Shown here one piece after another: positions 45,714 to 55,318 of a stretch of 61,653 bases of DNA (its first letter is position 1; every line of letters begins with the position of its first letter). The notes under the pieces were generated by a model that ran no database searches, had not been told where the DNA came from, and saw only the letters and a list, made by a program, of their open reading frames with translations. A program made the position numbers and the translations under genes. Source of the stretch: a bacterium. GTDB lineage: Bacteria; Patescibacteriota; Minisyncoccia; Phycocordibacterales; UBA2100. The stretch is taken from assembly GCA_030674455.1 (NCBI GenBank), contig JAUSGQ010000035.1, positions 1 to 61,653 on the forward strand, in the 5' to 3' direction.

Positions 45714-46480
45714 AGACGATTTCCGGTTTTTTGCACGTTCAATTCCCGCACGAAAAGACTTTCTGTTTTGCAGAGTCCAACGAGGAATTCCGCCAGCTCC
45801 GACGGGTCAATAAGCCCCGCCACATCCGCTCGGTGCGAGGACATGCCGGTCGCTATCGCGCCCGAATATACATCAATCATACGCACGCCCCGCTTCAGCC
45901 ATTCGTCTTTTACCGCTTCGGAGAAGCCGCGCAAACCGAACTTTGATGCAGAATACACCGCCTCATGATAATTGCCTTTAAGACCGGCGACAGAATTTAT
46001 GTTTATTATTGTGCCTCCGCCGCGCGCCGAGAAATATTCGTATGCGCTTGTGCACAGAGCGATGACGGAGGACAAATTGGTATGAATGACGTTCTGTATG
46101 TCGGATACTTCACTCATAGCATTGTGTCCCTGCAGTTCAGGATTTACGCCGGCATTGTTTATGAGCACATCAACATTCTGTTTAGCGAGTGCTGCCTTGA
46201 TTTCTTCCAAGCCCTCGGCACTTCGGATGTCGGCAATGACCCCGACGAACTTTGAGTCCCTCGATTTTTCTAAGGCGCTTTTTAATGTGGCGAGTTTTGC
46301 TTCATCTCTCGCATTAGCGACTAAGTTGTAACCGGCGCTCGCGAAAGCTTTTGCCAGGTGTGTTCCGAATCCTGAAGAGGCACCTGTTATCATTACAGTA
46401 TGTTTCGCATCTGTCCCTCGGTGCGGTGTTTTTCCGCCGTGAGCCTTGTTTTTTTCTTGCGGACTTGCCATTTGCGTCAT
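45710..46480 (-). CDS. short-chain dehydrogenase/reductase
   Basis: ITGASSGFG, LINNAG, INSVAG, YSASK. Confidence 0.92.
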   Translation of the reverse strand: MTQMASPQEKNKAHGGKTPHRGTDAKHTVMITGASSGFGTHLAKAFASAGYNLVANARDEAKLATLKSALEKSRDSKFVGVIADIRSAEGLEEIKAALAKQNVDVLINNAGVNPELQGHNAMSEVSDIQNVIHTNLSSVIALCTSAYEYFSARGGGTIININSVAGLKGNYHEAVYSASKFGLRGFSEAVKDEWLKRGVRMIDVYSGAIATGMSSHRADVAGLIDPSELAEFLVGLCKTESLFVRELNVQKTGNRL

Positions 46481-46538
46481 AGTATAGCAAGCATCGTGTT
46501 TTGTTAAGTTGTATGGAAATTTTCATCCGATTGGAGCT

Positions 46539-47438
46539 ATGAGAGTGCTCGTCACCGGCGGCACGGGATTCATCGGCTCAAATATTGTGATTGAGCTCAT
46601 TCGGCGCGGGCACGACGTTGTAATAACGGGTTCTGACGCCGAACAGAAGATTTCGGGTTTCACCGGCAAGTATCTACAGCCGGGCTTGGACGGCATAGAT
46701 TGGGGAGCGGTAGGAGTGTTTGATGCCGTATTTCACGAGGCCGCAATCAACGATACTCAATCGAAAGATACGCGAGAGATGATGCGTGCGAATGTGGGCG
46801 CGTCGATGTCCCTTTTTGAGTACGCGGTGAAAAATGGCTGCAAACATATTGTGTACGCCTCCTCGACCGCCGTCTATGGCGATGGGGCGACGCCTTACCG
46901 CGAGGACCAGAATCTGAAACCTCTCACCCCGTATGCGGAATCTAAAAAAATACTTGAAGAAAAAGCTGCTGCGTTCGGCGCCGAAAATCCGGACGTCGTC
47001 ATAGTCGGACTTCGCTACTGCAACGTTTACGGCCCCGGCGAATCGCACAAGGGCAAGCGCGCGAGCATGATTTACCAAATCGCACAGCAGATGAAAAAAG
47101 GGAACCCGCGGCTCTTTAGAGGAGGCGAGCAGAAGCGCGATTACATTTATGTGAAAGACGCCGTGCGAGCCAATATGCTCGCCCTTGAAGCGAAAGAGAA
47201 CATGGTGCTGAATTGCGGGTCGGGGACAGCGACACCGTTCAACGACCTCGTGCGCATTTTGAATGGCGCTCTCGGAACGGACAGGAAACCCGAATATTTT
47301 GAGAACCCGTTCGCTTCATCCTACCAAAATCACACCGAATGCGACATGTCGCTCGCGAAAGACAAACTCGGATTTGTTCCCGAATTCAATGTAGAGCGCG
47401 GTATCGCGGATTATTCCGCGAGCGGATTCCTGGCCTGA
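46539..47438 (+). CDS. hldD: ADP-L-glycero-D-manno-heptose 6-epimerase-like extended SDR
   Basis: TGGTGFIGS, FHEAAINDT, YASSTAVYG, YAESK, GLRYCNVYGPGESHKG.RASM, QKRDYIYVKD, YQNHT.CD. Confidence 0.78.
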   Translation: MRVLVTGGTGFIGSNIVIELIRRGHDVVITGSDAEQKISGFTGKYLQPGLDGIDWGAVGVFDAVFHEAAINDTQSKDTREMMRANVGASMSLFEYAVKNGCKHIVYASSTAVYGDGATPYREDQNLKPLTPYAESKKILEEKAAAFGAENPDVVIVGLRYCNVYGPGESHKGKRASMIYQIAQQMKKGNPRLFRGGEQKRDYIYVKDAVRANMLALEAKENMVLNCGSGTATPFNDLVRILNGALGTDRKPEYFENPFASSYQNHTECDMSLAKDKLGFVPEFNVERGIADYSASGFLA

Positions 47439-48010
47439 AGCGCGCGCATGCGCGCAATTATAGCGGTAGTGGAATGTCCTTTGATGAGCGGTATCAGAAC
47501 TAGGCGCCCGCCTCCCGCCTCAACAACTTTTTTCTCTACAATCTGGCCGGCTGTTCGGTCTTGCCCTTTTGCGTGCACGTTCGGCTTGAGTTTTTTTATC
47601 CACGCGTCTGGGGTCGTTTCGTCAAATATGAATACGGCATCAACCGATTTTAGCGACGCAACCACTTCCGCGCGCTCACGCTCTGGAATTATTGGCCGAG
47701 AATTCCCTTTATTGCGCCGGACAGAATTGTCGGAATTAACACCAACGATGAGCATGTCTCCATAGCTTTTTGCAGTTTTCAGATTAAGCACATGTCCGAT
47801 GTGCAGAATGTCAAAACAGCCGTTTGTGGAGACGATTGTCAACCCTGATTTCTTGGCCATACGCGTTATTTTGAGGATTTCGGCAAATGAAAGCACCTTG
47901 CTATACGCGCCTTTCTTAGGCAGTGCTTTTGAGGTATTCTTCAGACGCGGCTTTGTCGCGATACTATGGACCCTAAAACTAGTCTTTTTTTGTCGGCGTT
48001 TCGTCGGCAT
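47411..48010 (-). CDS. heptose 1-phosphate adenylyltransferase (HldE/RfaE domain II, HldC-like); start uncertain
   Basis: TNGCFDILHIGH, LIVGVNSDNSVRRNKG.SRPI, ERAEVV, FDETTP, KG.D, STTAII. Confidence 0.85.
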   Translation of the reverse strand: MPTKRRQKKTSFRVHSIATKPRLKNTSKALPKKGAYSKVLSFAEILKITRMAKKSGLTIVSTNGCFDILHIGHVLNLKTAKSYGDMLIVGVNSDNSVRRNKGNSRPIIPERERAEVVASLKSVDAVFIFDETTPDAWIKKLKPNVHAKGQDRTAGQIVEKKVVEAGGGRLVLIPLIKGHSTTAIIARMRALQARNPLAE

Positions 48011-48541
48011 AGCGATGTTATAGAAGAGAGTATGCGGCACATTTTGCCGGATGTCGAACGCGGTGCCACGATACTCGTTGCCGCATTGCGGCGCGGCAAG
48101 AAGGTGCTTATCTGCGGCAACGGTGGCTCGGCGGCCGATAGCCAGCACTTCGCGGCAGAGCTCGTCGGAAGATATAAGGATGATCGCCCTCCGCTTCCGG
48201 CGCTCGCGCTCACGACCGATTCGTCCGCGCTAACCGCCATCGGCAATGATTACGGCTTTGAGGATATTTTTAAACGGCAAGTCGCAGCACTTGGGAAAAG
48301 CGGCGATGTCCTTGTCGTGTTTTCCACGAGCGGTGCGTCAAAGAATGTGCTTGCCGCAATCTCGGAGGCGCGATTGAGAAAAATCAAAGTGATCGCACTT
48401 ACCGGAACACGGGGGAGTGGTTTGCGCCGCCGCGCGGACGCAGTCATTGTTGTGCCGACCAAAGAAACGGCACGCATTCAGGAGGTTCATCAGCTTGTAT
48501 ACCACTCGTGGTGCGAATACATAGATGCGACGCATGTCTAA
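47966..48541 (+). CDS. gmhA: sedoheptulose 7-phosphate isomerase
   Basis: CGNGGSAADSQHFAAELVGR, LTAIGNDYGF..IF.RQV, STSG.S.NV, TARIQEVH. Confidence 0.95.
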   Translation: MDPKTSLFLSAFRRHSDVIEESMRHILPDVERGATILVAALRRGKKVLICGNGGSAADSQHFAAELVGRYKDDRPPLPALALTTDSSALTAIGNDYGFEDIFKRQVAALGKSGDVLVVFSTSGASKNVLAAISEARLRKIKVIALTGTRGSGLRRRADAVIVVPTKETARIQEVHQLVYHSWCEYIDATHV

Positions 48542-49109
48542 AAGATCTACCGCTATAGCAGCTGTTTTTCTTGATCGCGACGGAGTCATAAATGAAGAAG
48601 TGGAGTACCTAAGCGATTCTTCAAAACTGCGTCTGGTGCCTGGTTCTGCGCGCGCGATACGCCTCTTAAACGAACGCGCAATACCCGTTATTGTTGTTAC
48701 CAATCAGTCTGGTGTTGCACGCGGGTATTACCCGGAATCGCGGATTGCACACTTGCATCACGCGCTTGATGAAAGTTTGAAGGATGAGGGAGCGCATATC
48801 GACCGGTTTTACTATTGCCCGCATCATCCGGAAGGACTGGGAAAATATCGCATTGACTGCGAGTGCCGTAAACCGAAACCGGGACTCCTTCACGAAGCCG
48901 CGAAAGATTTCAGCCTAAATCTCAAAAATTGCATCATCATCGGCGATAAGGCGAGCGATATTGGCGCAGGCATTGCGGCCGGATGCCGGACGATTTTGGT
49001 AATGACCGGATACGGGAAAAAAGAATTGGCATCTTGGAATCAGCCATTCCAGCCAGGCCACGTTGCGGAAGATTTGCAAGGGTCAGTCGAATGGCTGCTT
49101 CGCGACTGA
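48525..49109 (+). CDS. gmhB: D,D-heptose 1,7-bisphosphate phosphatase
   Basis: FLDRDGVIN, VTNQSGVARG, YCPHHP...CECRKP.PG, IGDK.SD; start may be 48534. Confidence 0.93.
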   Translation: MRRMSKRSTAIAAVFLDRDGVINEEVEYLSDSSKLRLVPGSARAIRLLNERAIPVIVVTNQSGVARGYYPESRIAHLHHALDESLKDEGAHIDRFYYCPHHPEGLGKYRIDCECRKPKPGLLHEAAKDFSLNLKNCIIIGDKASDIGAGIAAGCRTILVMTGYGKKELASWNQPFQPGHVAEDLQGSVEWLLRD

Positions 49110-49150
49110 GCCATATGATTTTTTGGATGCTCTGAATAGCCTACTATTTT

Positions 49151-50767
49151 TTACCGGACTTTCGTGTTGGTGACGCTAAGCACGATCTGAAGCTTTTCCG
49201 CCGCGGCGAGGCGAAGCTGGTCAGTACTTCTGAAGAGCTCTGTGTATTTCAGATACAGCCAATCCGTGACACGCGGATCGTCCTTGCGCCCCGCGGTGAC
49301 GGTAATCGCGGCAGTCGATGTTGCCGTAAACCCCCGGTCATCTTTGCCCGCGCCGTGATACTCGCGCGTGCCAGTTAACAGCTCAAAATATCCGTCGTAT
49401 TCCTGACGCGAGATAGTGCGGTTGTTCCAGTTGAGACCCTTCATTTCGTCATCAAAGACAAAGAACGTGTCTCGTGGCGCATCTCTGATTATGGCAGGCA
49501 ATTCATGCAGAATCGCCTGCTGTTTGTACCAGTCCATATCAAGGAGGAAGAAGTTGTACCAGATAAAGGCAATGCAGAGAGAAAGAAGCGCAATATGAGC
49601 GCCTTTCTGCATGTTTTTGCGAATGAGGACAACAACGGCGCCATATATGAATAATGCACTGCCAAGCGGAAACAACAGGGAATGTCTGAGTCCGAATCCA
49701 TAACCGTAAATATGTGGCGGTTTTCCGACCGCGACATACGGAAAAAGCGCAAGGAAACAGAGCGCCACACCCGCGATAAGGATCGCAGCACTTTTTGATA
49801 TACAGATCCTCCCGAAATTGAAATCAGAATCGGCCTCCGTGTCATGTAGAAGGGCGCGGTATCTGCGGAATAGGAAAAAAACCAGGACGGCAGCGATAAT
49901 GAGTCCGACCGCAAAATATTTACGCTCGAGAAGGACGATAGAATGTGCAAATGGCCAGAGTATACCGGTGTACATACCGCCCCAGTAGCCACTGATGAAG
50001 CTTGAAATTGTTGATAGTAACGTCGCCCCTTCCCGGAAAATAATCGGTTCGTTATACCCAATGCGGTCGCCGAACGGTTTGAAATACATGAGTTTAATTG
50101 CAAGGAACGCGACAGGGAGAATCAACAGATAAAAATAACGCTTGAGCCACGCGAATACTGTTGTTCGGGCGAATTTATGCACGTGTTGTTGCGCGAAAAG
50201 GTACATATGCAATGCAAGGAACGAAAAAAAGAAAACCGGGAATGAATTGACGAGAAACGACAAGACAAATAATATACAGGCGCCTATTTCGCGTACGGCA
50301 CGTTGGAATCCTCGTCTGGATATGTCAAGCGAGAGAGAACACGCGATTAGGAATAAAAGATTAGCCAGAGAGTAATACGCGAGGAACAATTCAAATCGTA
50401 CAAAAAACGTTGGGATGATGAGGTAATATAAGACGAGAAGTATTGCTGCTGCATCATTCCACTTGAGGTACCGCCGTAGTATGTGCAGAAGTACCAGGCC
50501 GGATATAAGCCACGACGCAAATATGATTATCCGAGTCGCCAATAACGGATCAGGAAAAAGCATGGTAAAGCGAATCAGTGCGTAGTAGTGATACAGTCGT
50601 TGCGGATCAATGTCCGAGAGATACAGCCAATTGAAGTCAGGTCGAACAAACTGGTTTAACAATCTCCACCCATCCCAATAATCGCCGCGCAACAAAAGCA
50701 TCGGACCCCATGCGATCGTGTAGAGTGTGGTGAGAAGAATCGCCGGTTTTTCAAGAAATCTTTGCAT
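49151..50767 (-). CDS. multi-TM membrane protein, possible GT-C glycosyltransferase
   Basis: Acidic DYWD motif after TM1, about 12 TM helices, RH motif, soluble tail; lies in the glycan locus. Confidence 0.55.
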   Translation of the reverse strand: MQRFLEKPAILLTTLYTIAWGPMLLLRGDYWDGWRLLNQFVRPDFNWLYLSDIDPQRLYHYYALIRFTMLFPDPLLATRIIIFASWLISGLVLLHILRRYLKWNDAAAILLVLYYLIIPTFFVRFELFLAYYSLANLLFLIACSLSLDISRRGFQRAVREIGACILFVLSFLVNSFPVFFFSFLALHMYLFAQQHVHKFARTTVFAWLKRYFYLLILPVAFLAIKLMYFKPFGDRIGYNEPIIFREGATLLSTISSFISGYWGGMYTGILWPFAHSIVLLERKYFAVGLIIAAVLVFFLFRRYRALLHDTEADSDFNFGRICISKSAAILIAGVALCFLALFPYVAVGKPPHIYGYGFGLRHSLLFPLGSALFIYGAVVVLIRKNMQKGAHIALLSLCIAFIWYNFFLLDMDWYKQQAILHELPAIIRDAPRDTFFVFDDEMKGLNWNNRTISRQEYDGYFELLTGTREYHGAGKDDRGFTATSTAAITVTAGRKDDPRVTDWLYLKYTELFRSTDQLRLAAAEKLQIVLSVTNTKVR

Positions 50768-50893
50768 ACCTTGTCAAACGCTACTTTCGGAAACAGTATA
50801 TATTGACCGAACCTTCTTTCATAATGTCGTTGCCAAAGCATGGGCTACTCTCTATAATGCGCATTTCTACGTATAAATCCCGTTAAAGACCGC

Positions 50894-52120
50894 ATGACTA
50901 CATTAGCTACCGATAACACACGACTGCGAGATGTCTCTAACAGGGTGAAGCGAACTGGCAAACTCAAAGTGGCGATTGTGGTCAATGATCTCTTGCGGGG
51001 AGGGGCGCAGAGGATAATTCTAGATATCGTGCGCAACGCGCCGTCTCATTTCGAGTTTGTGGTTATTGCAATGAAAGCGGACGATGTTTTTACAGAACAT
51101 GCAACCTCAACTCTACGCAAGGATGTCGAAGAAGCCGGGGCTCGAGTTTTCAACATTTCACATACGCGGCGCTTCAAGCTCGGCGATGTATGGAAGCTTC
51201 GCGCGCTTTTGCGAAGCGAGCGTCCCGACATAGTGCATACGTTCCTTCCTCACGCGGGAACTCTGGGTCGTATTGCTGCGCGCATGGCCGGAGTCCGTGC
51301 AATTGTTACCACACAGTGCAATGTCCGCGTCGCGTATGATTTCTGGCGCTATTGGATCGATCGGTTAACGCTTATTCTGGCGCATGCATGGACGGGATCG
51401 ACGGAAGGAATTGAACTCGAATATGGAGGATCAATCGCGTACTTTAGCAATGCAGAGTGGAGACGTGGGCGCCGTCATTTCACTATCCCTTCCGGCGCGG
51501 ACTTAAATGCGATTACGGCATCGCGAGCGCACCTCGATCGCGAAAAGAAGCGAAAAGAACTTGGCCTGCCCGCGGATGGAGTGATGATTCTTATGACGGC
51601 GCGTCTCATCAGGTGGAAGGGGCACACCGATCTCGTGCGGGCGCTCGTTCATCTGCCGCCTTCTGTGCACGTTTTTTGCGCCGGATGGGGTCCGCTTCAC
51701 GAGGAATTATTACGGCTCGCACAAGATCTTGGTGTTTCTAATCGCTATCATCTTCTCGGATCGCGTCAAGATACTCACGAGCTCCTTGGAGCCACCGATG
51801 TCTACGTCCAAGTCCACAGTACGGCTTCTGACGGCCGAATATGGATGGGACCGAATATCTCGCAGACGGAGGCTTGTGCTGCAGGCGTACCATCGGTCTC
51901 CACGCGCGTCCCGCTCATAGAATATTTGATAGAAGATGGCATCACGGGGAAACTTGCGGAGCCTAATAATCCGCGGAGCCTTGCGGCTGCGATTACGTGG
52001 GTCATAGACCATCCGAAAGAGGCTCGTACTATGGCGAAGGCCGCTCAAGAGCGCGTGCGCGAACGCTACACTGTGGAGCATATGGTGAGTCAGTATGCGG
52101 ACATGTATCTTTCTTTGTAG
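50894..52120 (+). CDS. glycosyltransferase family 4
   Basis: GGAQR, PDIVHT, TARL..WKGH, EACAAGVP. Confidence 0.88.
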   Translation: MTTLATDNTRLRDVSNRVKRTGKLKVAIVVNDLLRGGAQRIILDIVRNAPSHFEFVVIAMKADDVFTEHATSTLRKDVEEAGARVFNISHTRRFKLGDVWKLRALLRSERPDIVHTFLPHAGTLGRIAARMAGVRAIVTTQCNVRVAYDFWRYWIDRLTLILAHAWTGSTEGIELEYGGSIAYFSNAEWRRGRRHFTIPSGADLNAITASRAHLDREKKRKELGLPADGVMILMTARLIRWKGHTDLVRALVHLPPSVHVFCAGWGPLHEELLRLAQDLGVSNRYHLLGSRQDTHELLGATDVYVQVHSTASDGRIWMGPNISQTEACAAGVPSVSTRVPLIEYLIEDGITGKLAEPNNPRSLAAAITWVIDHPKEARTMAKAAQERVRERYTVEHMVSQYADMYLSL

Positions 52121-52166
52121 CGGAATAGTATTATGACCGCGCCGTAAGGATTTTTGCGCAACAGAT

Positions 52167-53981
52167 ATGAAAGTACTTGGAATAAAAATGACGGGACACG
52201 ATACGGGTGCGGCCCTTATAGCGGATGACAGAGTGGTCGCTATATCCGAGGAGCGTCTCAATCGCATTAAATACAGCCCGCATCTGTTCCCGAAACTTTC
52301 CATTGACTATTGCTTGAAGGCGCTCAATATTTCTCCAGAGGAGCTTGACCTTGTCGTCTACGATCCGGCTGGCACTGAAGATATAGACATACCAGATTAC
52401 ACTGTGGAGGATGTGCACATGAAATTGGGCAGCCGCTTCGCGAAAGTCCGTCTTGAGTATGTCAACCATCACGCCGCGCACGCGGCGACGGCCTTCTTCT
52501 GTTCCCCGTTCCGCGAATCCGCAGTGCTTGTTTATGACGGCTCCGGTGAAGTATTTAAAACCCATTTTGGGGTTACCGCTGCCGAAACAGAATCGTTTTA
52601 TCACGGTTTGAACGCGGAACTTACGCTCATAAATAAGACGCTTCATGCACGCTCAGGGCCCGGGCGCTATCCATACACAGTAGGTATCGGCAGGCTCTAT
52701 GCACTGCTCTCCATGGGTTATTTGTCGTTCGGCCGCTATAACGAAGGAAAGATGATGGGCTTGGCCGCGTACGGGGACGACTCGTTTCTCAAGCAGTTTC
52801 CATATGAGCGCTGGGTCGGGGGTAGGGCAGGGCAACTCGTTTGTAATGGTTCGCTCGTCATACCGCGGAGCGGACTCGCGTCCCGTACAAGTCGTGCAGA
52901 TTTAATTCGCCTGCCAAGACGCATTGCAAGTGCGTTGTATGTTCGCGCAGGTCGCGCCATTGAGAGGTTTGCCATGTTTCTTATTAGAAAAAACGGACGT
53001 CTTTTTATAGCTCCTAACATATTTGAGCCGATTGTCATGCCGCGGCCTGCACGGGACCCTAAACGAGATTCGCTCCCCGACGACTATTTCAGCTCGGTCG
53101 CGTTTGCCGGGCAGAAAATATTTGAACGTTTCGCGCTGGACACTGCCAAACGCCTGCGCGGTGCGACGGGAAGCGATAATCTGTGCGTGGCTGGCGGATG
53201 CGGGCTCAATATTGACGCGAACCTGAGTTTTCTTAAAGACGCGGGATTCAAGAATCTATTTGTTCAGCCGGCTTCGTCGGATTCCGGCATACCGCTGGGC
53301 GCGGCGCTTCATGGATACCATGTTATTTTGAAGCGCCCTCGCGAGTGGGAAATGAAGAGCGCTTCTCTTGGGCGAGCGTATTCGGAAAGCGAGATAAAAT
53401 CTGCGATTTCTGAATTCGAAAGCAAGATAATCGCGCGGAAATCTAGTCGCGTGTGCGAAGAGGCAGCGAAGTTTCTTGCCGATGGGAAAATAATAGGATG
53501 GTTCCATGGAGGTTCGGAATATGGCCCGCGCGCTCTCGGAAATCGGTCAATCCTTTCCGACGCGCGCTCACCCGAAGCAAAGGATATTCTTAACGAGCGG
53601 GTGAAACATCGGGAATTGTGGCGGCCTTTCGCCGCTTCCGTACTTGAGGAGAAAATGGGTGAATTGTTCGACCCAGCTATTCCAAGTCCGTTTATGCTGC
53701 TTACATCCCGCGTTCGCGAAGACAAGCAAGCGGTCATTCCATCCCTCGTACACAAAGACGGCACTTGCCGCACTCAATCCGTGACGCCCCAGTCAAATAA
53801 AAAATATTATGAACTCATCAAAGCATACGACGCGATTACGGGCGTTCCCGCTATTCTGAACACATCGTTCAATCTCGGCGGCGAGCCGATTATTGAGTCG
53901 CCGCACGACGCGCTTGACACATTTACGCGGACCAGCATGGACTACCTAATTCTCGAAGATTATATCATTACGAAACGATAG
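52167..53981 (+). CDS. NodU/CmcH family O-carbamoyltransferase
   Basis: HDTGAAL, EERLNRIK, HHAAHA, DGSGE, EGKMMGLAAYG, AGGCGLN, E.GPRALGNRSIL, VKHRE.WRPFA, LNTSFN. Confidence 0.94.
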   Translation: MKVLGIKMTGHDTGAALIADDRVVAISEERLNRIKYSPHLFPKLSIDYCLKALNISPEELDLVVYDPAGTEDIDIPDYTVEDVHMKLGSRFAKVRLEYVNHHAAHAATAFFCSPFRESAVLVYDGSGEVFKTHFGVTAAETESFYHGLNAELTLINKTLHARSGPGRYPYTVGIGRLYALLSMGYLSFGRYNEGKMMGLAAYGDDSFLKQFPYERWVGGRAGQLVCNGSLVIPRSGLASRTSRADLIRLPRRIASALYVRAGRAIERFAMFLIRKNGRLFIAPNIFEPIVMPRPARDPKRDSLPDDYFSSVAFAGQKIFERFALDTAKRLRGATGSDNLCVAGGCGLNIDANLSFLKDAGFKNLFVQPASSDSGIPLGAALHGYHVILKRPREWEMKSASLGRAYSESEIKSAISEFESKIIARKSSRVCEEAAKFLADGKIIGWFHGGSEYGPRALGNRSILSDARSPEAKDILNERVKHRELWRPFAASVLEEKMGELFDPAIPSPFMLLTSRVREDKQAVIPSLVHKDGTCRTQSVTPQSNKKYYELIKAYDAITGVPAILNTSFNLGGEPIIESPHDALDTFTRTSMDYLILEDYIITKR

Positions 53982-54037
53982 AATTCTTCGGTGCAACTCA
54001 CTTATCTTTTCCTGCATTAACGGAGGACGAAAGTCAA

Positions 54038-55264
54038 TCAGTGGACCATCTCTTTTATGAATTTCGTTACGGTCTCTGTCACGTAGCGTATATGTTCATC
54101 GCGAAGGCCATGATGACAGCCGATTAATAGACTGCGCTCCAATACCATGTCCGCATTCGTCAGTTTGCCGTGGATTCTAAACGGCGTTTCTTTATACGCC
54201 GGGTGACGGGCGATGTTGCCAGCGAAGAGAACGCGGGTTTGGATTTTATGCTCCTCAAGGTAGCGCATGAAATTGACCCGCTTAATTGGCGATTCCCTCC
54301 GTAGTGTAATTGGATATGCCAGCCATCGCACGTCGGAATCGGGCAGTTCGCGAGGAAGCGCGAAATGTTCAGGATATGTCTTGAAAAAAGCATTGAGCGC
54401 CAAGAAATTCTTCCTGCGTATACGCGCGAATTCCGGCAATCGCTCGAGTTGTACAAGGCCGAATGCCGCCTGAAGGTCAATTGGCTTAAGGTTGTATCCT
54501 ATCCGATTGAATACGAACTTTCCGTCATGCGCGATTCCCTGAAGCGAGAAAGAGAAGCGCTTATCGGTAGATTCATCAAATGCTTCTGGCAGTGCCCGTC
54601 CCCAATCGCGCCGCATCTTTGCATCGTCGGCGAATTCTTTATTTTTGCACATGAGCATGCCGCCTCCGCCAGCCGCAGTGATTATGTGCGAAGCGTAAAA
54701 ACTTGTGGTAGAAGCATCCGCGTACGCGCCAGTTGGTTTGCCATCTATGCAGGCACCTATTGTATCGCAACTGTCCTCAATAAGTTTAAGTTTGTGCTTG
54801 TCGGCTATAGCACGCAGGCGTTTCATGTCATTCAGATTGCCGACGAGATGCGGAATCATGAGTACCTTCGTTTTCTTTGTGATTGCCTTTTCCAACTTGT
54901 CGATGTCTATGTTGAATGTATCCGCTTCGATATCTACTAATACTGGAATCAGACCGCATTGGAGAAGTGGATTTACTGTCGTAGCAAACGTGCAAGCCGG
55001 AGTTATTACTTCCGAACCTCTTGGAATCTGAAGTGTGTCAATCGCGAGCAAGTTTGCCGATGACCCGGAATTTACGAACAGTCCGAATTTTTGCCCGAAT
55101 ACTTTTGCAACCGCGACCTCAAAACGGCGCGTATATTCACCCGGCCCGAGCCAATCTGAATTCAAAGATTCGAGAACGGCGGCGATTTCGCGCTTGCCGT
55201 AAACCGCTCGGCTGTACCAGACCCAATCCTTACCCGGAATAAATGACGATTTTGTTTCTGCCAT
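54038..55264 (-). CDS. DegT-family PLP/PMP enzyme of the DdhC(RfbH)/ColD 3-dehydrase type
   Basis: VNSGSSANL, EDSCD, TSFYASHIIT (His at the usual Lys position), RDWGR, GYNLKP, QTR.LFAGN. Confidence 0.82.
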   Translation of the reverse strand: MAETKSSFIPGKDWVWYSRAVYGKREIAAVLESLNSDWLGPGEYTRRFEVAVAKVFGQKFGLFVNSGSSANLLAIDTLQIPRGSEVITPACTFATTVNPLLQCGLIPVLVDIEADTFNIDIDKLEKAITKKTKVLMIPHLVGNLNDMKRLRAIADKHKLKLIEDSCDTIGACIDGKPTGAYADASTTSFYASHIITAAGGGGMLMCKNKEFADDAKMRRDWGRALPEAFDESTDKRFSFSLQGIAHDGKFVFNRIGYNLKPIDLQAAFGLVQLERLPEFARIRRKNFLALNAFFKTYPEHFALPRELPDSDVRWLAYPITLRRESPIKRVNFMRYLEEHKIQTRVLFAGNIARHPAYKETPFRIHGKLTNADMVLERSLLIGCHHGLRDEHIRYVTETVTKFIKEMVH

Positions 55265-55318
55265 GGGTCAGATTATAACCTAAAAAATGACTGTTTGTCG
55301 CGCGGCAAACGTGAAGCA

